Origin: an uncultured Nitrososphaeraceae archaeon
GTDB taxonomy: Archaea; Thermoproteota; Nitrososphaeria; Nitrososphaerales; Nitrososphaeraceae
Direction: 5' to 3'
Assembly (NCBI GenBank): GCA_963837175.1
Contig: CAWIMJ010000012.1
Location: 96,001 to 160,000 of the forward strand
DNA length: 64,000 nucleotides
Position 1 is the first letter of the stretch. Every line of letters begins with the position of its first letter. Of the stretch, positions 1 to 11,868 are shown in pieces. The notes under the pieces are model-generated. The model saw only the letters and a list, made by a program, of their open reading frames with translations. It was not told where the DNA came from and did not search any database. A program made the position numbers and the translations under genes.

Positions 1-60
1 CTAGAAAACAGGTTTAAAATTACTCATACAACAATTCAAATAGAAACTTATCATACTTAA
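1..60 (+). CDS. 3' end of a cation diffusion facilitator (CzcD/ZitB-like) transporter, truncated by the window edge
   Basis: Frame 1 reads LENRFKITHTTIQIETYHT*; HTTIQIE is the typical CDF C-terminal motif. Confidence 0.6.
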   Translation, partial: LENRFKITHTTIQIETYHT

Positions 61-470
61 TACAGACCTTGAACAGAAGGAAGATAAGAGTATGATATCA
101 AATTGGCGAGCATAGGTGATAGATAACGAATTTTGCTTTTTGTAAGTATAATACGTTCTTGAACATACTCTTGATACAGTCTCACCATTGAGATTTACAT
201 AGATTTTGAAACAGGTTAATTCATTCAGCATAGATATATCTTATTGCAACTTTCAAGTAAAATGTAAAGATAATAAAAAATGATTTTATAGATAGTCGGT
301 CGATATTATATATTCAATCGATATACCATGATTGTTAGCATAAAAGAATATCAATCAGATGTTTTGCCGACATTGACGAAATCAAACTAATAAGATATTT
401 AGAATGTCATATTCATCATATAGAATCATGATTATTTATATTATCAATCAACAATAAATAATGCCATCAA

Positions 471-1470
471 TTGAGTAGTATTCTTCAAGTAAATAATGTC
501 AAAAAATATTTTGCTGCGAATATAGGTCTTCCTCAGATATTTCATTCAAAAGACAGACATTATATCAAGGCAGTAGATGATGTAAGTTTCAAAATTGAAA
601 AAGGAAAAGTGTTTGTTCTCGGCGGTGGCTCTGGATCTGGAAAGACTACTTTGGCAAGATTAATTTTACGCGCAATTGATCCAGATAGTGGATCGATATT
701 ATTTGATAGAGAAGATATTACGAGAGCTACTGGCAAGAAATTAAAGAAGTTCCGCATAAATACACAGATGATACATCAAGATCCTTATACATCTATTAAT
801 CCGCGTATGAAAATAATGGATATCATAATGGAACCATTAAATATCTACAATAAACAAGATACAAAACAACAGCATATTGAAAAAGTATTGAAATCGTTAG
901 AGGATGTACAGTTTGGAACCTGCTATAGATACCGCTGAGAAATTTCCACATATGCTTTCAGGAGGTCAACGACAAAGAGTGTCTTTGGCAAGAGCACTTG
1001 TTCTCAGGCCAAAATTAATTGTAGCTGATGAACCTGTCTCTATGCTAGATGTTTCTATTAGAGCTGAAATATTAGAACTTATGAAAAATTTAAAAGATAG
1101 ATTTCAAATTTCCTATCTCTATATTACCCATGATCTGTCTACTGCAAGATACATAGGAGATAATATCGCGATAATGTTAAATGGTAAAATAGTTGAGATA
1201 GGTCCTATAGAACGGGTTTTGTTAAATCCACTTCATCCGTACACACAAGCGTTAATTGATGCGGTTTCTGAACCCAATCCGGATAATAATTTGCAAAATG
1301 AAAAACAAATTCGTATTAGAGAGGCGGAAGAGACAGTTCTAGCTGAAAACGGTTGTAAATTTTTCTATCAGTGCCCATATTCTATGGATAAGTGTAAAAA
1401 CGAACCAAAGTTATCAGAAGAGGAAAAAGACCACTTTGTAGCTTGTTTTATTTACCCTCAACGGATCTGA
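471..1470 (+). CDS. Oligopeptide/dipeptide ABC transporter ATP-binding subunit (OppF/DppF-like), split by a +1 frameshift
   Basis: Walker A GSGSGKTT in ORF 471..938; LSGGQRQR, IVADEP, HPYT and C-terminal Cys motif in ORF 904..1470; removing one T at 912-914 joins them (EDVQLEPAID). Confidence 0.85.
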
Positions 1471-4400
1471 TCTCCGCAAGGGACAGTTGATTTGGATGTC
1501 TATATTTTACAACCTGAGAAACTCCATTTTTAGAATATACACCATAAATAAGGTTTACTTTGGTTATAGTAGAATCTTTCAAAGTAACCATTACAATTTG
1601 ATTATCTTTTGAGCGCTCAAGCAGAACTTGGGATAACCTTTCAGTATTTTGAGCGTCAAGATGAGCATCAACCTCATCCATCAGATAGAAGGGCGACGGT
1701 TTGAGCGATTGAATTGCTAATAGAAAGATTGTCGCGGCCATGGTTTTTTCCCCTCCTGATAATGCTGTTGATTCACGACCTACTTTCCCTGGAAATTGTG
1801 CCATTAACATTATCCCGCTTGAAAATACATCTTCAACATTCTCTATCTCTAACCATGCTATTCCACCTGTTACATCTGAGAAAGTCTTCCTTATGTCATT
1901 ATCAACTTTATTAAATGCGTCCATGAATACGTTTTCCTTTTCTTTGATAATTTCCTCTATAAAAAGGACAATAGAATTGCGTTCCAGTTCTAGATGGTTC
2001 TTTCTATTAGACATCCCTCGATAGCCTTCAATGACTTGGACATAGCTTTCATCTGCACGTAAGTTAATTCTAGCTTTTGTTGCTTCATATTCATTCGTGA
2101 GTTCTTTAATAATTGTATCAACATCAAATGTTTCCAGCAAGCTCGTATATCCTAACCAATGCAGATCGTTAGTCAAGCGCGACTCTTGTTCATTTTTATC
2201 CACAATGTCCTTTCGAAGTAATGCATTGTCCTTTTCTATAGTATTATACTCTTTATTGAGTTTTCTTTCATTTTCATTTAACAGTTTCAATTTTTTTTCA
2301 TATTCTTGTATTATAGTATATGAGCTGCCCGAAGAGTCTATTATCTGCTGTTCCTGGTCTCTAATAGACTTAAGCTCTAATTCAATTGATTTTAATTTTA
2401 TTTCTAATTCTTTTGCCTGAGCAATTCTTTGGCTGAGTTCTGATATTAATCGCTCCTTCTCATCTTCTATTCCCTTCACTCGTTCTAAACTTATTTCGAT
2501 TTTGCTATTTACGCCTGCTGTCGATGTCATTAGTTGACGCAATTCAAAATCTACTTCTTCTATGGATTTGAGGAATAGATTTCTTCTTACATTTAATTCA
2601 GTCAATACATTTCTAATGGAGGAATCATCTACACCACCTAATCTTTCTGAAACCCTCTTCATAGAAGGCGTTAGAATTGAAAGGCGCCGTAAAATTTTGT
2701 TTACATCAATTGCTAGGGTATTACTTTCTGACTGAAATAGTATATTATCAGAGGTGAGCTGTTCTTGTCTTTTCTGTAGTTGTTCTATCATAATCGTATG
2801 AGATGAAATTTGATGATTCAAATTGATAATTCTTGCTTCAATTTTTATTTTCTCAGATTCTGAAGAATCAAGTTTTGAGACGATTTCTTCTAGATCGTGT
2901 TTCTTTGTCTCAATTGTAGTTCGTAATGCCTCGAGAGAACCTCTTAGAATATCAACAGTTGCACTAAGAAGAATCGCCTTTGTGAGATCTGAAATTTTGG
3001 ATCCAAAATCCAATAACATACAAGTCCCTTTAGGTTCAAAAAGCTCGCCATCAACCGATACTGCCCTGTATCCTTGTTTTGACAGAATATATGCCGCTGT
3101 GGGACCTTTAACAAGAAAGGTATTGCCAAATATAAAATTGTTTAGTTCTTTATGATCAGAATATACAAAATCTGCTAAATTACCAATAATGTTAACATCT
3201 TCATAAGGAATTTTATACGATTTGACGCATTTTAATATATCTAAAGGAATAATCTTAAGACGAGGCAATTTTTTTGTCTTTGCATATTCAGCAATTGAAA
3301 TCATTGATTTTACATTATCGACTACAAATGCCTTCATCCAATCTGAACCAGCTGCAAAAATTGACTTTTCATATTTTTTGTCCCACATTATAATATGATG
3401 AACCAAACCTTTGATTCCAAATTTTTCTGAATCTTTCATTAAATCTGCAATAGCAAAGTCTTCATTCCTAGCGTTCTCTGCAATATTATACTTTGCTTCA
3501 TATTTTGTCGTGATATTGTCTGCTCTACTTAACAGAATAGATGAATTTCTTAGCTCATTTTCATAGCCGCTTTTTAAAGATTTTAAATTTTCAATTGTCC
3601 TATCTTCAGCTTCCAATTTTGTGTTTTGTAATTTCAAGGTTTCATAAAGATCCATCAATAACGTCTTACTATTATCTAGTTCAGTTTCTAAAGCAAAGGC
3701 ATTGAATTGATTAGTTTTTAATTTCTCTTCATTAGCTTTAACTTTTTCTTCAAGCCTTGCAAACGAAATGTCAAGGTCATTTTTGATTTGAGAAAGTCTA
3801 CTATATCTATATTTTAATTTATTGCTGACTTTCGCGTAAATTGTAGTTCTTTTAGTGAGTGTATCTATTTCATTATTGATATCTTCCAACTCTCTTTTTA
3901 AGACTATAATCTTGGATGATTTGTTATTCATAATAGTCTTGTTTTGATCAGCCTCATATTGAAAATTATCTAATTGCTTGTTCATGTTTTGTTTTTCGAA
4001 ATTGATTGAAGAAATTCGCTTTTCAATTTGAAGGCAACGCTGTTCAGACTCCTTTATCATCGCTTTCGTTCTTTCAGAGTCATACACGATGTTTGCTATT
4101 CTGCTACCAATTTGTGCCTTATATTTATTAGCAAGATCTATTTCTTGAATAAATTTCATCTTTTCTAAATCAATTTTCTGAATTTGTGATTGGATTTCTT
4201 CGATCTGTTTGGACAATCCTGTAACTTTAGAACTATTGGATTCGAAAAGTTCTTTCTGCAATTCCAGGTTATTTCTGACTGAGATTATTGCATTTGAAAC
4301 TTGAATCGCTTTAAATCTTTTAAGTTCGGATTCTAATTGTTCATATCTTAATTGGTCATTTCTCTCTATCTCTAATTCATCAATTCGCATTCGAATTTCT

Positions 4401-4990
4401 CCCATCCTTGCAAGCGCAACTTCAAGTCGTCTGTCAGATTCGTCCAGCTGCTTTAATGCCTCTGTTTTCTTTTCATCAAAGTATGAGAGTCCAACTATGT
4501 CCTCAATAATCTTCCTACGCTCCTCTGCATTTAATTCAGAGATACGAGTTATCATTCCTTGCTGAACAATATTTATCTTGTTTGGAGCAGCTAGCACTAC
4601 TTCTAGCAATTCCAAAATAGTGGTTTTAGATACCTTTTTGCCGTTAAGAAGGTATTGACTGTCTCCTGTTTGGCCTTCCATTTCTCTTGTTAAGCTTACA
4701 AAATCAGAATCTATAGGAATGCCTCTATCCACGTTATCAAAAGTTAAACTTACTCTAATGAGTCGGTGTGAGCTATTTTGACTATCATGAAATAGGGATT
4801 GAAGTTTATCGATGCGTAATGCTTTAGGACTATTTTCCCCTATTGCAAACAATATAGCATCTAAAATGTTGCTTTTTCCTGAGCCATTAGGTCCTGTAAC
4901 GGCTACAAGTCCTTTTTCAAAACTAATTAACGTATTCCTGAAACCAAATGACTTAAAGCCATAAATTTCGAGTTTTTTAATGTGAACCAA
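1448..4990 (-). CDS. smc: Chromosome segregation protein SMC
   Basis: N-terminal GFKSF and GPNGSGKSN, long coiled coils, hinge, C-terminal LSGGEK and DEVDAHLD. Confidence 0.97.
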   Translation of the reverse strand: MVHIKKLEIYGFKSFGFRNTLISFEKGLVAVTGPNGSGKSNILDAILFAIGENSPKALRIDKLQSLFHDSQNSSHRLIRVSLTFDNVDRGIPIDSDFVSLTREMEGQTGDSQYLLNGKKVSKTTILELLEVVLAAPNKINIVQQGMITRISELNAEERRKIIEDIVGLSYFDEKKTEALKQLDESDRRLEVALARMGEIRMRIDELEIERNDQLRYEQLESELKRFKAIQVSNAIISVRNNLELQKELFESNSSKVTGLSKQIEEIQSQIQKIDLEKMKFIQEIDLANKYKAQIGSRIANIVYDSERTKAMIKESEQRCLQIEKRISSINFEKQNMNKQLDNFQYEADQNKTIMNNKSSKIIVLKRELEDINNEIDTLTKRTTIYAKVSNKLKYRYSRLSQIKNDLDISFARLEEKVKANEEKLKTNQFNAFALETELDNSKTLLMDLYETLKLQNTKLEAEDRTIENLKSLKSGYENELRNSSILLSRADNITTKYEAKYNIAENARNEDFAIADLMKDSEKFGIKGLVHHIIMWDKKYEKSIFAAGSDWMKAFVVDNVKSMISIAEYAKTKKLPRLKIIPLDILKCVKSYKIPYEDVNIIGNLADFVYSDHKELNNFIFGNTFLVKGPTAAYILSKQGYRAVSVDGELFEPKGTCMLLDFGSKISDLTKAILLSATVDILRGSLEALRTTIETKKHDLEEIVSKLDSSESEKIKIEARIINLNHQISSHTIMIEQLQKRQEQLTSDNILFQSESNTLAIDVNKILRRLSILTPSMKRVSERLGGVDDSSIRNVLTELNVRRNLFLKSIEEVDFELRQLMTSTAGVNSKIEISLERVKGIEDEKERLISELSQRIAQAKELEIKLKSIELELKSIRDQEQQIIDSSGSSYTIIQEYEKKLKLLNENERKLNKEYNTIEKDNALLRKDIVDKNEQESRLTNDLHWLGYTSLLETFDVDTIIKELTNEYEATKARINLRADESYVQVIEGYRGMSNRKNHLELERNSIVLFIEEIIKEKENVFMDAFNKVDNDIRKTFSDVTGGIAWLEIENVEDVFSSGIMLMAQFPGKVGRESTALSGGEKTMAATIFLLAIQSLKPSPFYLMDEVDAHLDAQNTERLSQVLLERSKDNQIVMVTLKDSTITKVNLIYGVYSKNGVSQVVKYRHPNQLSLAEIRSVEGK

Positions 4991-5073
4991 TGATCAGTTG
5001 CTAATGAGAGTTTTAACGTGACTATTATGTGTTATAGAGTATTATGGATCTCCTTTTTGTAAAAATTTTTAGC

Positions 5074-6141
5074 CTATCGTTCTCTCTTTCCTTCCACAAA
5101 CTCTATGAAATTTGCTTTGGCTTGGGAATATGGCATTTGTATAGGAGGATGTTTAAAACAATATGCAGAAATGCTCTCAAGTGGACCAGAAATACCTCTA
5201 TCAAGAGCCAATTTTGCTCCTCTTATTGCATCGATCATTACTCCTGCACTGTTATATGCATCTACTACACGTAGTTTAAGATCTAGTTCTACTGGCATAT
5301 TACCAAAATATCTGCCTTTCATTGAGATATAACATATTTTGTCATTTTCTAAGAATCTAACAAAATCTGAAGGTCCAATACGCATAGGAATTGAATACGG
5401 TATCATTGCTTCTACTGCACTTGTCTTACTTATTCTTTTGTCTTCAAGTCTTTCGTCATCAAGCATATTGTAAAAATCCATGTCACCGCCTATATTCAGC
5501 TGATAAGTTTCATCTATCTTTACTCCCCGGTCAACGAACAATTTTACTAATGTTTTGTGTAATACAGTAGCACCTAATTGACTCATTACATCATCGCCTG
5601 CACACGGAAGATTTCTATTTTGAAATGATTGTTGCCATTTTGGCATAGATGCAATAAAAACAGGTATAGCATTAATAAAACAAACTCCTGCATCAAGACA
5701 TTTTTCAGCATAAAATTGGCTTGCACGTCGACTTCCAACAGGAAGGTAATTTAAAAGAACCTCTGCCTGAGTGTCTTTTAGGACCTTTGCGATATCTGTA
5801 GTTGGCTTATTAGAGATTTTGACCTTTTCATTATAGTGCTTACCTATCCCGTCTAACACCTCTGCCTTTTCAACCTTGACATTCATTTTATCTACATCAT
5901 AAATCTTGACTGTGTTGTTTGGTTTCTCAAAGATTGCTTCGGAAAGGTCTTTATCTACCTTGGTATCCACAACATCAAAAGCTGCAACAAATTCAATATC
6001 ATTAGGTTCAAATCCTCCTAAGTTATAGGCAGTAAGACCTATTGACTCTGTTCTATTTCTATTGTAATAACCAATACCTTGAATAAGAGCAGAGGCACAA
6101 TTTCCAATACCTGCAATGGCAACGCGAATTTTCTTAGGCAT
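5074..6141 (-). CDS. ino1: Myo-inositol-1-phosphate synthase
   Basis: GIGNCASALIQG, NYLPVGS, GDD..SQLGAT, QLNIGGDMDFYN, ISKTSAV motifs. Confidence 0.93.
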   Translation of the reverse strand: MPKKIRVAIAGIGNCASALIQGIGYYNRNRTESIGLTAYNLGGFEPNDIEFVAAFDVVDTKVDKDLSEAIFEKPNNTVKIYDVDKMNVKVEKAEVLDGIGKHYNEKVKISNKPTTDIAKVLKDTQAEVLLNYLPVGSRRASQFYAEKCLDAGVCFINAIPVFIASMPKWQQSFQNRNLPCAGDDVMSQLGATVLHKTLVKLFVDRGVKIDETYQLNIGGDMDFYNMLDDERLEDKRISKTSAVEAMIPYSIPMRIGPSDFVRFLENDKICYISMKGRYFGNMPVELDLKLRVVDAYNSAGVMIDAIRGAKLALDRGISGPLESISAYCFKHPPIQMPYSQAKANFIEFVEGKRER

Positions 6142-6554
6142 AAAAAAGTTTTCATATTTACAGGCTATTTAATCTATTTATTAAAAAAGGAAGATGTCTT
6201 ACAGACATTAATCTAGATAGAGATGTCATATTTCAACCATTTGCCATATTGTAGTTAATAAAGCAATTTAACTGATTTTATTGATAGTTTGTCATTTGTA
6301 GAAGATAGAATATGCAAAAAAAGATGTGAATTATGATGTAATCATGGACTTAATACAAGGAGCTTATCGTGCTGGCAATTGAAAAGAAATATTTGACTTG
6401 TAATCTCATAGTCATATATAATAATAGTAATAATATGTACAAGATGACTGCAAAGCATTTATTTAAGAGAGTACATCCTCAAAGTAACGTTAGTTTACCT
6501 TCTTGCCATATTAAATGAATAAAATATATGCATACATCTAGTTTATTCTACTTT

Positions 6555-7241
6555 TTACTTTCCTTCTTTTTGTTGTTGATGTTGATGATATTCTTCTTTG
6601 GTTGACGAAGGATTCCAATAGAGATGGGACCAATATTCAGCCATTCTTCCTGTATTTCTAACAAATTCGTTGTATGTTACAATCCATGCCATTGCATAAT
6701 TTTTCCATAAGCCGATACCTGTTGTAAATACATTAGGATACTTCAGATTCTCTTGTTTTCTATTATTTTCTCTGTTTTGTATGTTTTTTTGGTCTGATAT
6801 TATTAGTCCTGTTTTTGTCACTTCCCCTTCTTTTGACTCTCTGAGGATAGATGCTTGTTGTTCTTCTATCGATGGATTTATGGCTGGAGTATCTGTATTA
6901 ATATTATTATTATCGGTAGTCTCAGTATTTCCCATTTCTTTCCTTCTTGGCTCTTTCTTTTCAGTAGTGGATAGTGCTTCCTTCATATCTTTTTCTCGCA
7001 TAGTAGATGACTCTTTGATTTCTACCATTGCATTGTATCTTGATGAATCAAAAACTTCAGGAATGGTTTCTTGTATTGTTCGTTCTCTTTGTGCTAATGA
7101 TGAGGAAGAAGAAGATTCTTCATTCTCAGATTGCCTCTTTTTTCCTTTAGTGTTATTTTCTTCAGGACTATTATTATTATTTCTAAGGTAATCTTTACTG
7201 GCTTGTTTAATTCGTTTGCTTTTATTTTTTCTTTTTACCAT
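6555..7241 (-). CDS. Hypothetical protein: disordered charged N-terminal region plus aromatic-rich C-terminal helix
   Basis: 228-aa ORF with ATG start; low-complexity E/K/N/S region followed by W/Y/F-rich segment. Confidence 0.55.
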   Translation of the reverse strand: MVKRKNKSKRIKQASKDYLRNNNNSPEENNTKGKKRQSENEESSSSSSLAQRERTIQETIPEVFDSSRYNAMVEIKESSTMREKDMKEALSTTEKKEPRRKEMGNTETTDNNNINTDTPAINPSIEEQQASILRESKEGEVTKTGLIISDQKNIQNRENNRKQENLKYPNVFTTGIGLWKNYAMAWIVTYNEFVRNTGRMAEYWSHLYWNPSSTKEEYHQHQQQKEGK

Positions 7242-7553
7242 ATATAATTAACCTGTTATCCTACGAAATCTTTGCGGTTATATAAAACATTAAAGCCATT
7301 CGATTTGTTTTAGATTGTGAGATGTCCACAAGGGACCAATAAGATCACTGACTATGCTCCGATATAAATATACTAGGAGTAAGTGAAAATTACTATCCGA
7401 TAAAACATACAACATTGAAATTGACTCTAATTTAAATATATTTTGTAATTATCATCAAATGTGCTCATTAAAATAGCCTACTGAACATAAATAAGATGAT
7501 TCAATTTTGTATACAGATTAAAAGTTATTAAACTTTATTCTGATGAAAAACAC

Positions 7554-7973
7554 TCAAGTATTATGCTTATTCCTATTTTTATCATAATAGATAAATATTC
7601 ATTTGCCATGAATTTTTATTATTTCTGAAGCCCTACGAGGTGACCTTCCTGTTCTAGTTTATCTGCATGAGCGGAGATGTATCTCCATACAATATCAGCT
7701 TTGTCAGACTGGAAATCCCAAGGGGCAACAAGTACCAGATCATTATCTCTGATCCACATTCTGCGCTTAATCTTTCCACGAATACGACACGTCCTTACCT
7801 TACCATCAGTACACTTGACAATGATGTTATCACCTCCAACAAGTTTGATAACACGACCAAGCATTTCTCCTTTCTGTGGTATGACCATTTCCTTTAGTGC
7901 TGCTTCATTGAGTACTTTTCTTTTGCCTAACTTTAAAACCAATAGTTATTTCAATTACAAAGTTAAAAATGTA
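7554..7973. repeat. Copy 1 of a 420-bp inverted duplication (aIF-1A cassette); partner at 50956..51376
   Basis: Reverse complement matches 50956..51376 except for one extra A in copy 2; antisense shadow ORFs 7667..7897 and 51033..51263 translate identically. Confidence 0.95.
7619..7942 (-). CDS. eif1a: Translation initiation factor aIF-1A (copy 1, intact)
   Basis: CTDGKVRTCRIRGKIKRRMWIRDNDLVLVAPWDFQSDKADIVWRY signature. Confidence 0.95.
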   Translation of the reverse strand: MVLKLGKRKVLNEAALKEMVIPQKGEMLGRVIKLVGGDNIIVKCTDGKVRTCRIRGKIKRRMWIRDNDLVLVAPWDFQSDKADIVWRYISAHADKLEQEGHLVGLQK

Positions 7974-8137
7974 GTGATTAGATAACATTGTCACCACCAC
8001 GGTCTCAATATGATTCCATTTATATAAACAATAATAACTTGCTCATAAGATAAATATACGATATCTCACCGAATCACTTAATTTAATTCTTAAAAGATAA
8101 TAATTTATTTGAATAGTAGTTCTGTTATGATGCTATC

Positions 8138-8947
8138 TTATAATCTAATCTTTATGCCATTTTTCTTTAGATATTTTTTCACTTTATCTATAGTTGATTT
8201 CTTATAATGAAAAATAGATGCTGCCAATGCTGCATCTACATCTGCCTTTTCAAATACTTCTAGCATATGTTTTGGACTGCCGCAACCTCCTGAGGCAATA
8301 ATGGGAATACGGGTTGCTTGACAAATCTCTTTTGTCAGCATAATATCATATCCGTTCTCTGTTCCGTCAGAGTCAATACTAGTTAGAAGGATCTCGCCTG
8401 CTCCACGTGATTCTACTTGTTTAGCCCATTCTATTGCATCGATTCCTGTTCCCTCTTTTCCACCATAAATTCTAACTTCAAACCAGAATTCAGTTTTATT
8501 TTGAATTCCATCGTAAAAAAAATTCTTCCCACCTTTTCCATAGTTTCTTTTAGCATCTATTGCAACTACTATGCATTGTTTACCAAAAATGTACATTAAT
8601 TCATTAATTAATTCTGGATTTTTCACAGCAGCAGTATTAATAGATACTTTGTCTGCACCATTCAATAAAATATCACGAGCATCTTCTAACTTCTTGATCC
8701 CTCCACCTACAGTAAATGGAATATCAATAACACTCGCCACCTTTCGAACAACATTTCTCATGGTTTCTCTGCCTTGTTGCGATGCAGTAATATCAAGAAA
8801 AATAAGTTCGTCAGCTCCTTGCTTGATATATTTTTGTGCAAATTCTACAGGATCACCGGCATCTTTTACTTCTGCAAAATGAACTCCCTTTACTACACGA
8901 CCATTATCAACATCCAAACAGGGAATAACTCTCTTTGCTAATGCCAT
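8138..8947 (-). CDS. hisF: Imidazole glycerol phosphate synthase cyclase subunit
   Basis: [44 protein letters not shown]. Confidence 0.97.
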   Translation of the reverse strand: MALAKRVIPCLDVDNGRVVKGVHFAEVKDAGDPVEFAQKYIKQGADELIFLDITASQQGRETMRNVVRKVASVIDIPFTVGGGIKKLEDARDILLNGADKVSINTAAVKNPELINELMYIFGKQCIVVAIDAKRNYGKGGKNFFYDGIQNKTEFWFEVRIYGGKEGTGIDAIEWAKQVESRGAGEILLTSIDSDGTENGYDIMLTKEICQATRIPIIASGGCGSPKHMLEVFEKADVDAALAASIFHYKKSTIDKVKKYLKKNGIKIRL

Positions 8948-8948
8948 T

Positions 8949-9659
8949 TTATGCTATAGTCTTTACTTTCTCTATACTTACTTTACCATCATAAAGCGCC
9001 TTACCCAGTAAGACAGCGTAACATCCTGCGCTCCTCACTCTGATAATGTCTTCTAAACTCGAAACTCCTCCACTTGCTGTTATTCTGGAATCGGCGAAAC
9101 TGCTTGCAAATGACAATATCATCACATCAGGTCCACTGAGTGTTCCATCTCTATCTATACTTGTCAGCAAAAATTCTCTGATACCCATTGCCATAAATAG
9201 ATTAATTGCATCAGCAATTCCGTAGTCGGAAGCCTCCCTCCAGCCATCAATCATGACTCTACCATTATTTTGATCAATTGAAATTACTAATTTTTCCGCC
9301 ATTTTCTTGGCTATCTGTCGTATGGAATCTGGTTCTTTGTAAGCCATTGTTCCAAGAACTACTTTAGCTGCATTTTTGTTAAGCATCTCTTTTACGGATT
9401 GAACTGATCTAATACCACCAGCCACTTGAACAGGAATTTTTACAGTTTCAATTATCTTAAAAATAATTTCATTATTATTAATGCCAGTTCGCAATGTTGC
9501 ATCTAAATCTACAACATGTAACATATCCGCACCCGTTGTTTCCCATTTCCTAGCAGTTTCTATAGGATTATCACTATATACAATTTTATTGGCAGGATCC
9601 CCCCTAACCAATCTGACAACATTTCCATTCATAAGGTCTATTGATGCTATTACCTTCAT
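8949..9659 (-). CDS. hisA: ProFAR isomerase
   Basis: [39 protein letters not shown]. Confidence 0.95.
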   Translation of the reverse strand: MKVIASIDLMNGNVVRLVRGDPANKIVYSDNPIETARKWETTGADMLHVVDLDATLRTGINNNEIIFKIIETVKIPVQVAGGIRSVQSVKEMLNKNAAKVVLGTMAYKEPDSIRQIAKKMAEKLVISIDQNNGRVMIDGWREASDYGIADAINLFMAMGIREFLLTSIDRDGTLSGPDVMILSFASSFADSRITASGGVSSLEDIIRVRSAGCYAVLLGKALYDGKVSIEKVKTIA

Positions 9660-10276
9660 TTTTTATCAGAACATATATTAAGAAAATTTTTTATTATAGT
9701 TGCCCCTAATTTGCCTGATTTTTCGGGATGGAATTGGGTACCGAATAAATTGCCTTCCTCAACTACTGCTGGAATGTTAACGCCGTATTCAGAAGTTGCA
9801 GCAACTATACTATTGTTTCTTGGCGCTATCAGATATGAATGGACAAAATAAGCCCATGATCCGTCCTTAATACCTTGTATTAACTTACTTTCTTTCTTGG
9901 TTATCTCAACATTGTTCCAGCCCATGTGTGGAACCTTGACTTTTTTCTTAGGTAACATTATTACTTTACCATCTAGAATTTTAAGACCTTCACGTGTTCC
10001 TTCTTCGCTATCACTAAATAACATCTCCATACCTAAACATATGCCAAGGATTGGCATAAAATTCTCAATAGACTGGCTGAATATTTCTTTATAGGGCTCA
10101 ATTGACTTGACTGCGGGATCGAAATTGCCTACTCCCGGCAGAACCAGACCATCAAATTTATCAAGACAGTTCATATCATGTATAATTAGGACATTCTGTG
10201 CGCCGTTTCTTTGCAAAGCGGCCTTCAAACTGAATAGGTTGCCTGCACCGTAATCGAATATTGCTACCTTAACCAT
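9656..10276 (-). CDS. hisH: Imidazole glycerol phosphate synthase glutaminase subunit
   Basis: DYGAGNL, LPGVG, GICLGM, PHMGWN, YFVHSY, QFHPEKS. Confidence 0.97.
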   Translation of the reverse strand: MVKVAIFDYGAGNLFSLKAALQRNGAQNVLIIHDMNCLDKFDGLVLPGVGNFDPAVKSIEPYKEIFSQSIENFMPILGICLGMEMLFSDSEEGTREGLKILDGKVIMLPKKKVKVPHMGWNNVEITKKESKLIQGIKDGSWAYFVHSYLIAPRNNSIVAATSEYGVNIPAVVEEGNLFGTQFHPEKSGKLGATIIKNFLNICSDKK

Positions 10277-10878
10277 TACATAACACCTTTTGTGCTAGGT
10301 ACTCCTTCACTTTTCTGGTCAATACTAGCAGCCATTCGGAGTGATACCGCAAATGCTTTTACCACCGATTCAATTTTATGGTGGTCATTGTCTCCATATT
10401 CGACAATTATATGTGTACATGCATTCAAGTTTTGTGCAAGTGATCTTATGAAGTGTTCTATATCTTCCCTTGGGATCCCTTCGACGCTATCCCTAGATAA
10501 TTTTAATTGTATAACGTAAAATTGACGTTTCACAAGATCTATCGTTACATATGCCAAAGACTCATCCATGGGAGTCATTGCGTATCCAAATCGTATGATG
10601 TGTGACCTGTCACCAAGTGCCTTGTCTATAGTTTGTGAAAGTGCGATTGAAATATCTTCTACTAGGTGATGGATGACGCTATCTTTGGATTTTGCTGTTA
10701 GAATAATATCTATATGGGCATGTTTACCAATGGATGTAATAAGATGATCATAAAAGGGAAGACCTGTTTTGATATCCGTCTTTCCTGTACCATCAATATT
10801 TACCTCTACTACGACAGAGGTCTCTTTAGTGATTCTTTCCATCTTCGCAGTTCTTTTGACAGTAGCAGAAGAAACCAA
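10276..10878 (-). CDS. hisB: Imidazoleglycerol-phosphate dehydratase (monofunctional)
   Basis: RITKET, HHLVED, PMDESL, NDHHKIE, PSTKG. Confidence 0.95.
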   Translation of the reverse strand: MVSSATVKRTAKMERITKETSVVVEVNIDGTGKTDIKTGLPFYDHLITSIGKHAHIDIILTAKSKDSVIHHLVEDISIALSQTIDKALGDRSHIIRFGYAMTPMDESLAYVTIDLVKRQFYVIQLKLSRDSVEGIPREDIEHFIRSLAQNLNACTHIIVEYGDNDHHKIESVVKAFAVSLRMAASIDQKSEGVPSTKGVM

Positions 10879-10887
10879 CGATAATCA

Positions 10888-11868
10888 TTATTCTACTAAT
10901 ACTTTATTTAATATGTTTGGTAAGCTGTTGACATTTTCTATTATCGCTTCTGCCCCAATTTTTCTGAATTGTCTTGCAGTTAATGCGGGCCGCGTACTGC
11001 ATCCGTAAACTCCAAAAAATGCTATTTTGATATCTGCTTCTTTTTCTGCTCTTCTAACCATTAGTAAGTCTTCAGTTGAATCTCCAACGTATATCGCGGT
11101 TTTACTATTCATGACTTTCATAGCCTTCTTAATTGCATAAGGATTAGGCTTGCTGTATTCACGTTCTTCGTCTTCAAGAAATATACAAGCTCTTTGATTA
11201 AATATGTTGAATATTGACTTCAGTGAATATTCTGCTGCGATCTTACTTCGACCTGATATAATAGCAATGTTGCCGTTAAACTTCTGTGTAAGCTCTTTAA
11301 TAGTAGTAATGGTAGTTAAAAGCTTGTCATTTTCGATCAAAGGTTTTCCAAAATAATATTTTGGCTTAATCTTGTGGTATTTTAGGAATAATTTTGGTCC
11401 ATAAAAAAATTCATCGAATACTGTCGCAAGCAAACTGCTGCCAACTGGGGCAGGATAAACCAATTTTTCTTTTAATTTCTGAATGTCTTTATAATGAAAA
11501 TATGATGATAGAAATTTTTCGACAGAAGTAATGCCGTCCTCGTTTGTATTCCTAGCAATAAAACTAAGAAATTCTCTTGTCGATCTAATACTTTTTTGCG
11601 GATTTAGTAATATGACAAGTACGATGGCATAAGTGGTATCTGTGTCATTATTGAAACCACCTGTTTGTCTAAACTTTGAGATTATTTCATCATTAACTAT
11701 TCCCTTTAGAAAGGTATTGCCAGTTGTGTATTTAAGTATAAAATCTACTGTTCTTTTAATTACGATATTATAAGACTTTCTTATGTCTACTAATACTCCG
11801 TCGATATCAAAAAGAATACATTCTGGATTAAATGATTTGAGTTCTTTAACTATGTAATATTGGTGCAA
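10888..11868 (-). CDS. HAD-superfamily hydrolase inside the his operon, candidate histidinol-phosphate phosphatase
   Basis: Motif I FDIDGVLVD, GGFNND, KPNP, YVGDSTED; lies between hisC and hisB. Confidence 0.8.
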   Translation of the reverse strand: MHQYYIVKELKSFNPECILFDIDGVLVDIRKSYNIVIKRTVDFILKYTTGNTFLKGIVNDEIISKFRQTGGFNNDTDTTYAIVLVILLNPQKSIRSTREFLSFIARNTNEDGITSVEKFLSSYFHYKDIQKLKEKLVYPAPVGSSLLATVFDEFFYGPKLFLKYHKIKPKYYFGKPLIENDKLLTTITTIKELTQKFNGNIAIISGRSKIAAEYSLKSIFNIFNQRACIFLEDEEREYSKPNPYAIKKAMKVMNSKTAIYVGDSTEDLLMVRRAEKEADIKIAFFGVYGCSTRPALTARQFRKIGAEAIIENVNSLPNILNKVLVE

